Part shown: positions 32,714 through 43,999 of the stretch, one piece after another | How the letters are laid out: every line of letters begins with the position of its first letter | How positions within the stretch are numbered: position 1 is the first letter of the stretch | Origin: Takakia lepidozioides | Lineage: Eukaryota; Plantae; Bryophyta | Direction of reading: 5' to 3' | Assembly: GCA_030704615.1 (NCBI GenBank) | Contig: CM060731.1 | Span: 7,006,001 to 7,070,000, forward strand | Length of the DNA: 64,000 nt | The notes under the pieces: model-generated | The model's database searches: none | What the model was told of the DNA's origin: nothing | The model's input: only the letters and a program-made list of their open reading frames with translations | Position numbers and translations under genes: made by a program

Positions 32714-35217
32714 GCTCGCTCTGCCCTTTCCTCCTCTATCTTCTCTCCCCTTTTGTACAAGAAGGATAGCGTGGTTGGGTCAGCACGGGTACCAGTGTTG
32801 TGTGGGTTCTGCCTTTTTAAGGAACCGGGGTGAGCTGCAAGGGAAAGGTGGGTGGGGTCGTGGGGTCATGGCTGATGACACTTATCTGGGTAGTTGCATA
32901 ATCGGCCATCCCAGCCGATTCAGCATGCCGGCCTGAGAATTAGTCTAAAAAAGCACGCCACACCTGATTTTAACGTACCCTGCCCCTTTGACTATTATTA
33001 CCGCTAGTGTCATAGGGGAGCACATTGCCACAATACTCAAATTCTCAAAGAAAACCTCAAACTTTCGTTAAAATACACCACCCCACTCCTACACACCCTA
33101 CACTTCGCAACAATTACGTCACTTACACCCTTAATCCTCAACAAAAGAAATATTGAAAGTGGCCAGCTTGCCACTACGTAACTGGTTCTCGTTCTGATAG
33201 AGCCCACCCCCGGGGGATTGGTATCCCGTGAGCATGCTCACGTGAGCACAACCCGCGGTCAAAGGGGTTAAATGTTTTCAAACCGCGATCATAGGAATTA
33301 CACGTTAACAGGCACGGTGCATATGAGTACCTTCAAATTTATTTCCTCAATGCGAAAATAACTTTTTTAGGGCTTAAACTGCCGATACCCGGACTGAAAA
33401 CCACAATTTTTGTTTTTCTGGGGTATCCAATTCGCATAACGTGAGGAACCCCATGCCTATAGGGTAACATGACTATCTTGTATAGGTGTTACTTGTTTCT
33501 TAAGTGATGCTATGAGGGCTATGTGAGAAGTTAAAAATAGTTTCGCAAAGTTTTTAGTTTCTCAATTTAGTTTTGCTGGAGAATATTCGAAAGGCATCTA
33601 GGGAATATCCTGAATATTCGCTTGTGCTCACCTCAGCATGCTCACATGCTACCCAACCTCCCCACCCGAAAGGAGGTTGGGTAGCGTGAGCACTAGTGTT
33701 ATTATTTCTGGCGAAATTTCGCACTTTTTCGACCTCAAAAATCAAAATCGAATATTCTGTCATAAATTCCCTGTTTTCTCATGGATGAAATCGCCAAAAT
33801 TCTCAAAATAAAATAAAAATCTTGGATGAATTCGCCTAATATGGATGAAAGTACAGAGGAGGATGATTCTGTCCAAATTTCAGTGGATGAGCAGAAAATA
33901 TGGCTATTTCCTGCAAAACTCAGTAGCAAGTCCTGTTCTTTTCAAAATTTGAAAAAAAACACACTGGTGAGCACGCTCACGCTGCTGTGCGCGTGCTCAC
34001 GTGACCTCAAGAAAAAATGCCCGAAAATTCGCGACTATTACCGAAAAGATGTTGCGGCGAAACTAAAATTGGAAATTTGTGCTCACGGGACCAAATTGTG
34101 CGCATGTGAGCAGACTTGTGCTCACATGAGCACAAACCTCACGTAGATGGGTTAGTCACCCTATCAAATCAATTCGTTAGGTTTAGGTTATGTTAGGTTA
34201 GATTAACCCTTAAGTGCCCAGACTCATTTTCACCCTCTCGTGGAAAAATCTACCCCACCTTCTACCACAAAAAGTTTCATAAAAATCCAACCGCCAGATT
34301 CAAAGATTATAAATGTAGAGTGGGGACCAAAAATTTGCTTCCGTAAATAATGGAAGCCAAAAAAACCAATTTTTAGCTTGCATCTGGGCAGTTTTGATTT
34401 TTTTTTTTTTTAAGAGTCTCGGGAATTCAGTTCCCTTGTCGTGCGCATACATATCGCTACACAACTACATCGCTGTCCAAACCACACCACGCATATATGC
34501 ACAATAAAGTAGTCTGCCACAATGATAGAAAACTAAAGGACATTGTTCACACAAGAAACATGAAATCCAACACCATCACTCTTTAAAATAGTAGTCAAGC
34601 CAGGGGCATCCCAAGCTATGGGGACTCCACCCCACAACAACCTATACTCCCTACATAAGCACACTCAGATTCTAAAGCGTGAAGGAGCTCGGTCGCGCAG
34701 GCTCAACTCGAGAGAGATGAGCTACGCGACTGACGCTCTCGTGAAGATAAGACGGTTCAGGTATCAAACTAAACTTGACACTTGATTTAACACTTGACCT
34801 AAATCCAAGTGTTAAATACAAATAACTAGCTTTATTCTAGTTAGTTTCACACTGTGCTTATTTAACTTGACAGCTGTCGTGCGCATACGTATTGCTACAC
34901 AACTACATCGCTGTCCAAACCACACCACACATATATGCACAATAAAGTAGTCTGCCACAATCGCCCCCCTAGCTGGTGGATAGGTCCCTCTAACTCCAAA
35001 TAGCTACAAGATGTAATAGCCACAGCCGTACTAAGTCCTCTATCACTGTCCCTATTGTACTCAAACTCTATTGACTAAGAGGCCGGGTACAAGAGTAGCC
35101 CCATCGTTAGTCGCCGTCTTGCAATCTGTGAACTTGAGCCAGGACCTCGTGTATTCATGGTCTCCTATAGCTGGGCCTTGCGTTTCTTGTTAGCCTTCCA
35201 TGGTTGTATCCACTCCC

Positions 35218-38200
35218 ACTATCCAATGCAATGTGGACATAACCAATCCCCATCCGGAACCATCTCAAGAGGTGGAATCAAACATCCCATATGCCAACCT
35301 ATAGAGCATCGATCACACATCAGCATGGTGGCTGCCCCTCTAGCAGACCCACACAACATGCAGATACCACTGCCAGGTTTGGGTCAATCCTGCCATCGAC
35401 ATTCGGAAGGTGACATGGCGCACAATTACGCACATGGTCCTTCCAAGTTATGCCATCCCGACCCTCCAAGATCAAGACGCCTGAGGGTAAGACCTCTCGA
35501 ACCCTCAAAATAACACGTCTTGCAGTCACATCCAAGGTTGTAGGAGCAGTCTGCTGCAGATAGACATAGTCACCAGGGTTGAGTCTCCGAACCCCAAGAC
35601 GATAGCCCCCACCACGTATGGTAGCATACCTCAATGTATCACGATGTTGGGCAATGGCAAGGTTCTCGAAAGCCATGGGCATGACTTTCTTGAACAACTC
35701 TGCACGCTGATCACATGCACGTGCCCAAACGTCCGGATCGTCAAGGTTAAGAACTGTAGCAGCTTCTCTACGAATGGATGTAGGCAAATCCGGCCCTCAG
35801 CCAAAGAGAAGAAAGTATGGTGAGAAGGAGGCAAGTGATGCTTGCTTGCTAAACCTGTAGCCCATGGCTAACCAGGGTAACTGAAGGTCCCAATCTCCTA
35901 GGTGTCCCTTCTGCAAGCCATACTGTGGCCATCACCCTGGCCCGAGAATCACCCATCAGTGACACATTCTCCAAGATGTATACTGGAGATACAGCTTGAT
36001 GAAGCTGCAAGTGGCGCAAAACCCGCACCATCTCCCAAAACAGACCCGTCCTCGAGTCTCGCAATCCATTGCCATGCCCGGCTAATGAATGCCCTTGGCA
36101 GGGCCAACCTGCCACTACCAGATCAATGGAGCCAACCCGCTCCAAATCCTGCGCCCCCAGCAACGAAATGTCTGCTGGCAAGGCTTGTTGGTATCCACGA
36201 ACTGCAGACACTAGCAACAAATCAGGGTACTGCTGTACCAACTGAGCAACATGGCGCAGTGAGATGCATCGTGCAGTCTCATCCCTCTCCACATACAGGT
36301 AATGTCAAACTCGTACAGCTGCCTGCAGTACTGCAGCCAATCCAGTGCTGATCCCGCCAAACAAGTCCAGAAGGCATATGCCTTCATCCGGGCACTGCCA
36401 CACAAGAGGTGTGGTGTCCAATGGCGACAACTGAGGTGGTCCTGGTGCAATCACCGCACTCTCCTCTTCTCCTGATGGTACGAAGGCCTCTACCCAGGCT
36501 TGTTGTACCCGTCCATTGATCAGCAGCCTGTTGCAAATCCTTGCTCGTACCCCATAATGGAGTGTGAGCAACCATGGCAGGCAACACCGCCGTACCATGC
36601 ATGTCATCCTGCTCTGCTAGAGGTGGCACATCCTCTGCATGGGCATTGCCTTCCAGCAACTCTCCAGGCCAACTAACTGCAGCTGTAAAGGCGGCTAGTG
36701 TTGGCATCTTGCCCGCTGGGCAGCCGCAATACCCCCAATGAATGTCACAGGGAGTTGTGCACGACGACCATCCCCTGACTGCCATCCAGGCCTGTAGGAC
36801 GCTGACTCCTCCCAAAAGTCCAGGGTGAAGCCCATGGGATATAACACTGCCCCACCAACGAGGACATCGTAAGAAACCGCGTCTGTCACAATGGCCTTGG
36901 CTCGCATCACTGAGCCATCTATAGGATGATCTGGCTGTAGTCTAATGGCCAACTCACGCCGTGTCATGCCCCGAGCCTGCTCTGATCCTCCCAGAGATGT
37001 CTGTATCTGGAAAGGACAAGGCTCCATATCCGCCTCCATGAGGCCCAAACCTGCAATAGCAGCTCTGCCCAACATCAGTGGCTGAGCTCCCGAGTCCAAC
37101 AAGACCCGCAGTGGCCGGTACTTCTTGCCTGCCGGTCCACTCAAAGAGAAAATGCCATCCTGGTTGTCTAACAAGACAACTCCAGGTGTCACCATGGCGC
37201 GCTCAAAGGCTGGCCTAGCTGGCAGCTCCGTCAACCTGGCAGCTGCAGCTTGCCATGGCGTAGCCGTGGCAGTCTTGACCCTCAAATCCGAGGATCCCTT
37301 TGCCACTACACCTTCCAGTAACTTTGCAGAAGATGAAGTGACCTCCCTACTCTCACAGAGTGTTGCTGCTAGTCTGAACACTGCAGCTGGTCTTACCCCC
37401 GGCGTCGTAATCATGGTTGCCGAGAACAGTGGGGCTCGACACACAGAGGTGGCTGCCCCCAATAACACACCGGCTGCACTAGCCTTGGTAGCAGGTGTCA
37501 GTGATGCACGTGTAGCTCTCCCCAATGACATAGTAACCTCCGCCTCGGTAACAGTCGGGCGAGAACTAGGTGCCATGGATGGCGTCGACACTGTCTCCGC
37601 CAATGTGAATGACTGAGGAAGCCTCGCCTGACGGCTTGCCTCCCCACGATGTGGATCCAATTCCACCTCTGCACCTCGTGGCTCAGGAACTCGTGCTGCT
37701 CCTCGAGTCACGGCTGCAGCAGACTTCACCTGCTCTAGTGGTAGTGCTGCTCCGCACATGAATCCCATGCTTCCCATATCTCCTCCCTCAGGAACAGGAG
37801 GTGGACCATCCCGCCTGGGAGCCGTTACCACCTGAGCTGTAGCCATGGCAGCGAGCCTCTGCTCTAGCTGCTGAAGCCGGTTGGCCATGCCTTGGTCAAC
37901 ACCCTGACCTCCGCGTACTTGGCCATGTTGAGCTTGCCCTTGGCCTGCACCTCGTGCCCAGCCACCTCGTCCTCTCTGGGCTGGTCCACCTCGCCCCCGG
38001 CCACCATTGTTCCCTTGGAACTGGCCTGGGCGCAACTCAGGATGCAAGTCATAACATTGGGCATCTCCATGCCCATACTTGCCACAATGCCCACACTGCA
38101 ATTATGCAGGCTGTGCTTGTGCCGACCTTTTGCCACTCTCTGGGCAATCTCTCTTGACATGGGGTCTCCACATGTCCAATATATCACCCCTGGTTGCTGT

Positions 38201-39336
38201 TGGCTTGCAAAAGATGCTACTGGCCTCTGCACCTGAGGTCCCCTGTAAGCTCCATGGAACTTGGGTTGGGAAACCTTGCCCCCCTGACCATGCTGTTGGG
38301 CAGTCCGTTGTGCCTGTGGGCTGGCAGCTGCGCCTCGTGCAGGCATGTCTTTGCCAAATCCAATGGTAACAACTCGCTCCTCCACCATGTTGAGCTCAAT
38401 CCGCTCAGCCAGCAGAAACACATCTGCTAATGTGGGTTGGGCTGCTTGTAATAGGGTTGCATCCCGCACCCTTCTCCTGAGCTCCTTGTCCAAAATTCCA
38501 TACCAGAACTGGATTGCCTGAGCTTCAGTAACCCCTTGGGTCACACTTATCAAGCGCCTCATACGAGTGTACGCCTCTCGCAGGCTCTCACTGGGTTTGC
38601 GCTGGAAGTCTTGCAAACTTTGCAGCTTCTCTGTCCGTACACCTTGGTAGTTCCTCCGCAACTCCTAGAAGAACTCCACCACCGGGTTGAATGTAGGCAC
38701 ATGTGTTGTAGTCGTGGCAGGAAGAGTAGTAGCACCTTTTGAACTGGTACCACCTGCAGAAGTACCGGCACTACTTGTTCCACTACTAGTGCTGGCAGTG
38801 GGAGATATTGGTGCTGATGCAGCTACTGGTCGCGTCGTGCCTTGAGTAATGGAGATGTAGTCAGGTGACCAATACATCCTCCACTCCTCAATTTCTGCTT
38901 CATGTCCTCGCATGAACTCGTGGTAATCGTCTATAGGCGGGCCTTCCAAATGTTGTAACAATCCCTTCCACGCCATGAATGGGGTGAACAGCTGTGGATT
39001 GCGCATCTGCTGCAAATCACACCAACGGTCGAACTCCTAGATAAAGTCATCCAGCTCGATTGTGCCCACAACTCCAGAGTACCTGCGAGGCCCTTTGGTA
39101 GCTCCATACATCTCCTCCATGTCGTCCCACAACAATGGCGAAGCAAACTGCACACTTGTTGATGAAGCCTCCGGGTCTGTGTCAGACTCTACAGTAGTTG
39201 AGGGTGGGGGTGAAGGTGGTCTGAACCAAATACCTCGTCTTGTGAACCCACTCTCACTGTTACTGCCTGTAGCCGTACTCCCCTCAAAACCCTTGGGTAA
39301 CTCCGTGATGACACTCACAATGTGCACCTCCCCCAT
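35218..39336 (-). pseudogene. gag-PR-partial DNMT fused by deletion to integrase C-terminus/PHD
   Basis: ORF 36695-38101 runs from the CCHC knuckle into protease in one frame. DNMT motifs I-VI (GWPCQ, ILENV) join integrase YGLQKGHLGDW near 35920. RT and RNase H are absent. Confidence 0.9.
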
Positions 39337-39856
39337 GTGACACTATAATGCTCTAGTACTAATTCTAATAGTGACACGGGTGGGCACCTGTTGCAGTTTA
39401 AGGGTCATATCCCAGTGGCTCAGGGCACCTGCACCTGCATCCACCGCAAGAACTCCTATGGTTGGCTGGTCATCAACCCAGTCTCACCATAGAAGAAACA
39501 CTGGTGGTCGTGCTGGTCATCACTCCAGCCTCACCACCGACAGCATACCCTAGGATTGACCGGTGATCAAATCCGGCCTAATCCCTATGAAAGCAAGCAC
39601 CCACACAAAACCAACATGGCGCACAGTCAAGCATGCAAGTGTTGGGGGGGATCCAAACACAAGAAATCAAAACATCAACACCCCCACACCAAAATCCATC
39701 TGCAATGCTGATCCTGCAGAATATCCCAGCCCAAAACCCCGGACTGACTGGCCTCCACCAAGAGAGGCTTTGGCAACTACACGTACAAAGTAATGAAAAT
39801 AGTAAAGAGAGGGAGGGGAAGAATAGAAGCCCGACCAAGCAAGATCTAATCCTGAT

Positions 39857-40504
39857 CTATGCTATCAACTGCCAGACTTCTCTCAAAGTGTCTCGCTCTG
39901 CATGATGGTAAGGTGCAGGAGGTATATCTATGTCTAGAAACCTGCCACTAACCTTGTCCCAAGCTACAGTAGCTCGCTCTAACCAAACCTCCTCCTCTTT
40001 CTGCCAGGTAGAGACAAAGCAATACTCCCCTATCTCCCGCTCACTGAACACTAAAGAAAATAAAGGTAGGGTCTGACAGTCTCTCAACTCGAAAGCCTTG
40101 AGACGGTTGCGGGTGTCCTCATTGCGAATGACTGCATCTCCTTCAAGCAGAACAAACTTGTCATTGCTAATGAACCCCCGCTCGTGGTTGCCTTGTGCAG
40201 AGCGTGTCCGGCTGCAACCATGTCTGATTGCACAAACTTGTGTCCCTCCTGGTCCTCTGCTCCAGTACACCACGGCCTTGTGGCTGAACACCTTGGTCCC
40301 CGGGGCTGTCTTTGGCTGTGTTCCAAGCCTAGCTTTCACCCACTTTGGTATTTCACCTACAGCTGCAGAACTGCTGGCTCCAACAGAGTTCTGACTGTCC
40401 AAAGCAATATTGAGGCCCTCAACGCCAACTACAGCAGTTTGTTGTCTACTGCTAATGCCTGCCTCCCAGTATGCAATCAACTCATCCAACTGTTCTCCAC
40501 TCAA
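39857..40504 (-). CDS. Accessory ORF0 of the Gypsy element (at least 215 aa, unknown function)
   Basis: Open frame that continues further upstream; conserved with copy 1. Confidence 0.65.
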   Translation of the reverse strand: MSGEQLDELIAYWEAGISSRQQTAVVGVEGLNIALDSQNSVGASSSAAVGEIPKWVKARLGTQPKTAPGTKVFSHKAVVYWSRGPGGTQVCAIRHGCSRTRSAQGNHERGFISNDKFVLLEGDAVIRNEDTRNRLKAFELRDCQTLPLFSLVFSEREIGEYCFVSTWQKEEEVWLERATVAWDKVSGRFLDIDIPPAPYHHAERDTLREVWQLIA

Positions 40505-41003
40505 ATCAGTCTGAGTTCCTTGGGAAACATAAATCTTGTCCCCTTGTGTGCACAGGCTAAGAGATGAGACCTGCCCTTCAATTACGTCCTCATTTCCCCA
40601 GCCATAGATAGGTAGATTTCCCCTTTCTACAACTATCCCCTCAAAAACTGTGTCAAACGGAGTTCATTTGCCAAAGATATGACCAATTACGCTCTAACTC
40701 ATTTAAATTAGATCAAAAAGGTTTTTTTTTTTTTTTTTTTTTGACACCAAAACGTTCTCCCCATTAAAAGTTGTTCCCAGGTTTCATTTGTGGTTACAGG
40801 CGCACCACCACAGGCTTGCTTTCTTAGTGAGCTGCTTTGCTCCAGCCAAGATCCGTGTTCTGCTCCAACAACGACTTTCGAGCTCGGGTGTATGGCTGTG
40901 GCGATGGCCTGTGCAGTGTCACGCATCTCGGCAGCACCTGCATTGGCCGTCTCGCACTCCTCCCTAGCTTCTTCTGATCCGAGAGAGAGAGCAGGCAGGA
41001 GCC

Positions 41004-41340
41004 ATGAGTTTTCGGTTTCACCAGTACCAGGTGGTGGGGCGGGCGCTGCCTACCCCCACCGATGAGCAGCCGAAGGCGTACCGCATGAAGCTGTGGGCAA
41101 CCAACGAAGTGCGGGCAAAGTCCAAGTTTTGGTACTTCCTCATGAAGTTGAAGAAGGTGAAGAGGTCACACGGGCAGATTCTTGCCATCAATGAGATCTT
41201 TGAGAAGTATCCCACCACAATCAAGAACTTTGGCATTTGGGTGAGGTACCAGAGCCGAACAGGCTACCACAATATGTACAAGGAGTACCGCGACACCACT
41301 CTGAATGGAGCAGTAGAGCAAATGTATGATGAAATGGCAG
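41004..41340 (+). pseudogene. RPL18a: Captured intronless 60S ribosomal protein L18a (eL20) 5' fragment with apparent 5' UTR
   Basis: [15 protein letters not shown]...[18 protein letters not shown]...[31 protein letters not shown]. Confidence 0.93.
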
Positions 41341-41781
41341 TGGGGTCGGAAAGGGCTACCCACCTCCATCTCTCCGTGTCTCTCTCCATCCGTCGGCTAC
41401 AGCAGAGATTTGTTGAGTGATAAGGATAGACCAAACAATGTGGACAGGAGCGATGGGGGGGGAGGGGATTATTGTTGGCTTAGAATGGTTTCTGCCTTCC
41501 TGTTACTGCCCGTGTTTGCTTCAGTGTGCAATTTACAGGTCAGGGATTGGCGACAACAGGCACCAGATTGCCCCGTCACCACCCCACAAAGCACATCTAG
41601 CTCCTCCGTTGTCAACAACTTTGGTCTTTTTCAGGTGGTGATTTGTGTCCGCCAGACTTGTGCTTCCTGGCCCCAGCCCTGCTCCATCCTCTCCTGGTCA
41701 TCCTCTCGGCGTCCTTGCCAAGCTGACCCATAAACCGCTTCTCCAAGCAGTCCTCTAGGTCCCTGTCGTAGTTGTCATTTC

Positions 41782-41870
41782 ATTTTGCTGGCGGGACATT
41801 TCAAGGGGAAGTGTGTCGTCTTTCTGAAGCAGGTGGAATCTGGCCTTCTTCTGGTTAAAGGCACTTTCCA
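41782..41870 (+). pseudogene. RPL6: Captured 60S ribosomal protein L6 (eL6) fragment
   Basis: ILLAGHFKGKCVVFLKQVESGLLLVKGTF matches the eL6 KOW region. Confidence 0.82.
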
Positions 41871-42019
41871 GGAAATCTTGGTACATGTTCACCAACGACT
41901 CACAAATGAGCAAGACCCTCTCGAGTCTTACGTCTCACACATCCATATAGTTGAGTGGGGCAGCGGCTTCAGAACCCGGCATCTTTCTTACAGTCAAAAC
42001 AGTCAGCCCGCTTTGTCAC

Positions 42020-42313
42020 CACCGCTGAAGTCAATCCCCGGAGCTCACGGTGCTTGTGCACAGGGTTGACAATCCAGTTGATGCGTGGGTCTTTACGGAT
42101 CACCGAGTGTGCAGTATCAACCCGTATCACTTCAAAGTACTTGTATGTTGAATCTTGGTTAATCCAATAAGAATTAAGAACCCTGAGACCTCCAAGTTTG
42201 CGGCCAGCACGCTCCTCAGCTACAGACCGCAGGATTTGCTGAAACTTGAGCTGGGTAATACCCTGATTCTTGGGCTTTCCATAAACGATACCCTTGCTCA
42301 CAGGCCTCTTCAA
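42020..42313 (-). pseudogene. RPL15: Captured 60S ribosomal protein L15 (eL15) fragment
   Basis: [23 protein letters not shown]...[31 protein letters not shown]...[23 protein letters not shown]. Confidence 0.93.
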
Positions 42314-42489
42314 TCCAAAAAACGGGCTGGCTTGGAGTCACCCACGGCAAGCCCTTTGTCTCCACTCCACACGGGCAGCCCTGAGACGATGACAGGATCG
42401 CTGCAGAAGAATCTAGGCACAAAAAAGAGCTAACCTCTAACCCGTCGTTACTTGATGAATCAATCAGGCAGCATTCATCTCTAGTAGCC

Positions 42490-42605
42490 TGAGCAAGCTC
42501 TCTACTAAACGCGTGACTCCAGCAAGATCCGCTAGTGGTAACTGCAAGTGAAGTATCCGCCGCAAGCTTAATAGCTTTCTGCCGCTCCGGAATGGTTAAA
42601 CACTC
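42490..42605 (-). pseudogene. Captured IBH1/AIF-like atypical bHLH N-terminal fragment
   Basis: ERQKAIKLAADTSLAVTTSGSCWSHAF resembles the ER..AIK.AAD..MA......WSRAL motif. Confidence 0.6.
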
Positions 42606-43999
42606 AGCTGAATTATTCACAGACCTATATCATACCAAGGTATATTATAATAGTGCTAAAACAAACATCATATCTAGCTTAGCACTAGAAAACTAGATAG
42701 GATCATCTCTCTCGAGTGATAGAAAACTAAAGGACATTGTTCACACAAGAAACATGAAATCCAACACCATCACTCTTTAAAATAGTAGTCAAGCCAGGGG
42801 CACCCTAAGCTATGGGGACTCCACCCCACAACAACCTATCCTCCCTTCATAAGCACACTCAGATTCTGAAGCGTGAAGGAACTCGGTCGCGCAGGCTCAA
42901 CTCGAGAGAGATGAGCCGCACGACTGACGCTCTCGTGAAGATAAGACGGTTCAGGTGTCAAACTAAACTTGACACCTGACTTAACACTTGAACTAAATCC
43001 AAGTGTTAAATACAAATAACTAGCTTTGTTCTAGTTAGTTTCACACTGTGTTTATTTAACTTGACACCCTACCTGATAACACACATTCCCAGAAATTTTC
43101 AGTTTTTCCTGGTATGTTTCCAACTGGGCTCCTTTGTAGTGAAAAAAGGGGCTTCTCATTTTAGATTAATAGCGTCTTGAATGCATCACGGGCCCACACA
43201 TGGTGGGGCCTGCAAAAAACAGAGGGTCACCCCCACCCCACCCTGCCCATGGGTCTGCAGGGCTGGTATGCAGCATGGAGGGTCTCCTCATGCCCCACTT
43301 GGTAGACCCGCAGACCTGCCGGAGGGGCTCTCCTTAGGCGCATACGCTAATCCATGTCGAAATATAGAATAAATCAATTAAAATTTGAAGGTTGGTGAGA
43401 AAGTGGTACGTATATAGTGGTTAAATGTAGTCCTTGCAAGTATGGTGGTCGTGGTTTCAAATCTTGCATGATAATATGGTATGTAGAGATACCTCCAAGC
43501 AAATTTTTTGAAGTTGGGAAAACTCATAAAATCTCTTAAAAATTCTTAAGTCCTAGATAAAGGCAGCAGACCCTATCTGGGTCTGCCCTGATAAGTAGCG
43601 GCAGACCCTAGGGCGTGGACCCGACCATGGTGGGGGTGACCGCAGCAGACCCTATCTGGGTCTGCCCTGATAAGTAGCGGCAGACTTTAGGGCGTGGACC
43701 CGGCCATGGTGGGGTGACCCCTTGTTTGGATGTCAGTGTAGCTACGGCGTGAGCCCAGCCCCGTGAGCCTGGGAGCTGAGCTCACGTTGTAGCTGCAAAG
43801 CGCGAGCGGCACAAATCTGCTGGAGAAGCAAGTCCTATAGGCGAGGATTGCAAGAAGAGGGCCTATTACCGTGGACAAAACAAAGGGGGCCACCATGCAC
43901 CATGTCTGCAATGCCTGCACAAAAAGAGGAATATGAAAATATGGCAGAATTGAGCTCAGAATGATTGACACACTTTATTTCAATTCACAGATAGACGCT

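Larger units (their letters stand above)
34437..43066 (-). mobile_element. Ty3/Gypsy DNMT-PHD retrotransposon copy 2 (internally deleted), same split-repeat structure
   Basis: 4-bp TSD CCCT (34433-34436 and 43067-43070); B2 34437-34521, A2 34523-34872, GC, B1 34875-34959, A1 42717-43066. Confidence 0.95.

Noticed and set aside
41004-42313. Functional host ribosomal protein genes
   Set aside because: They are truncated, carry substitutions at conserved sites, and lie inside a TSD-bounded retroelement.
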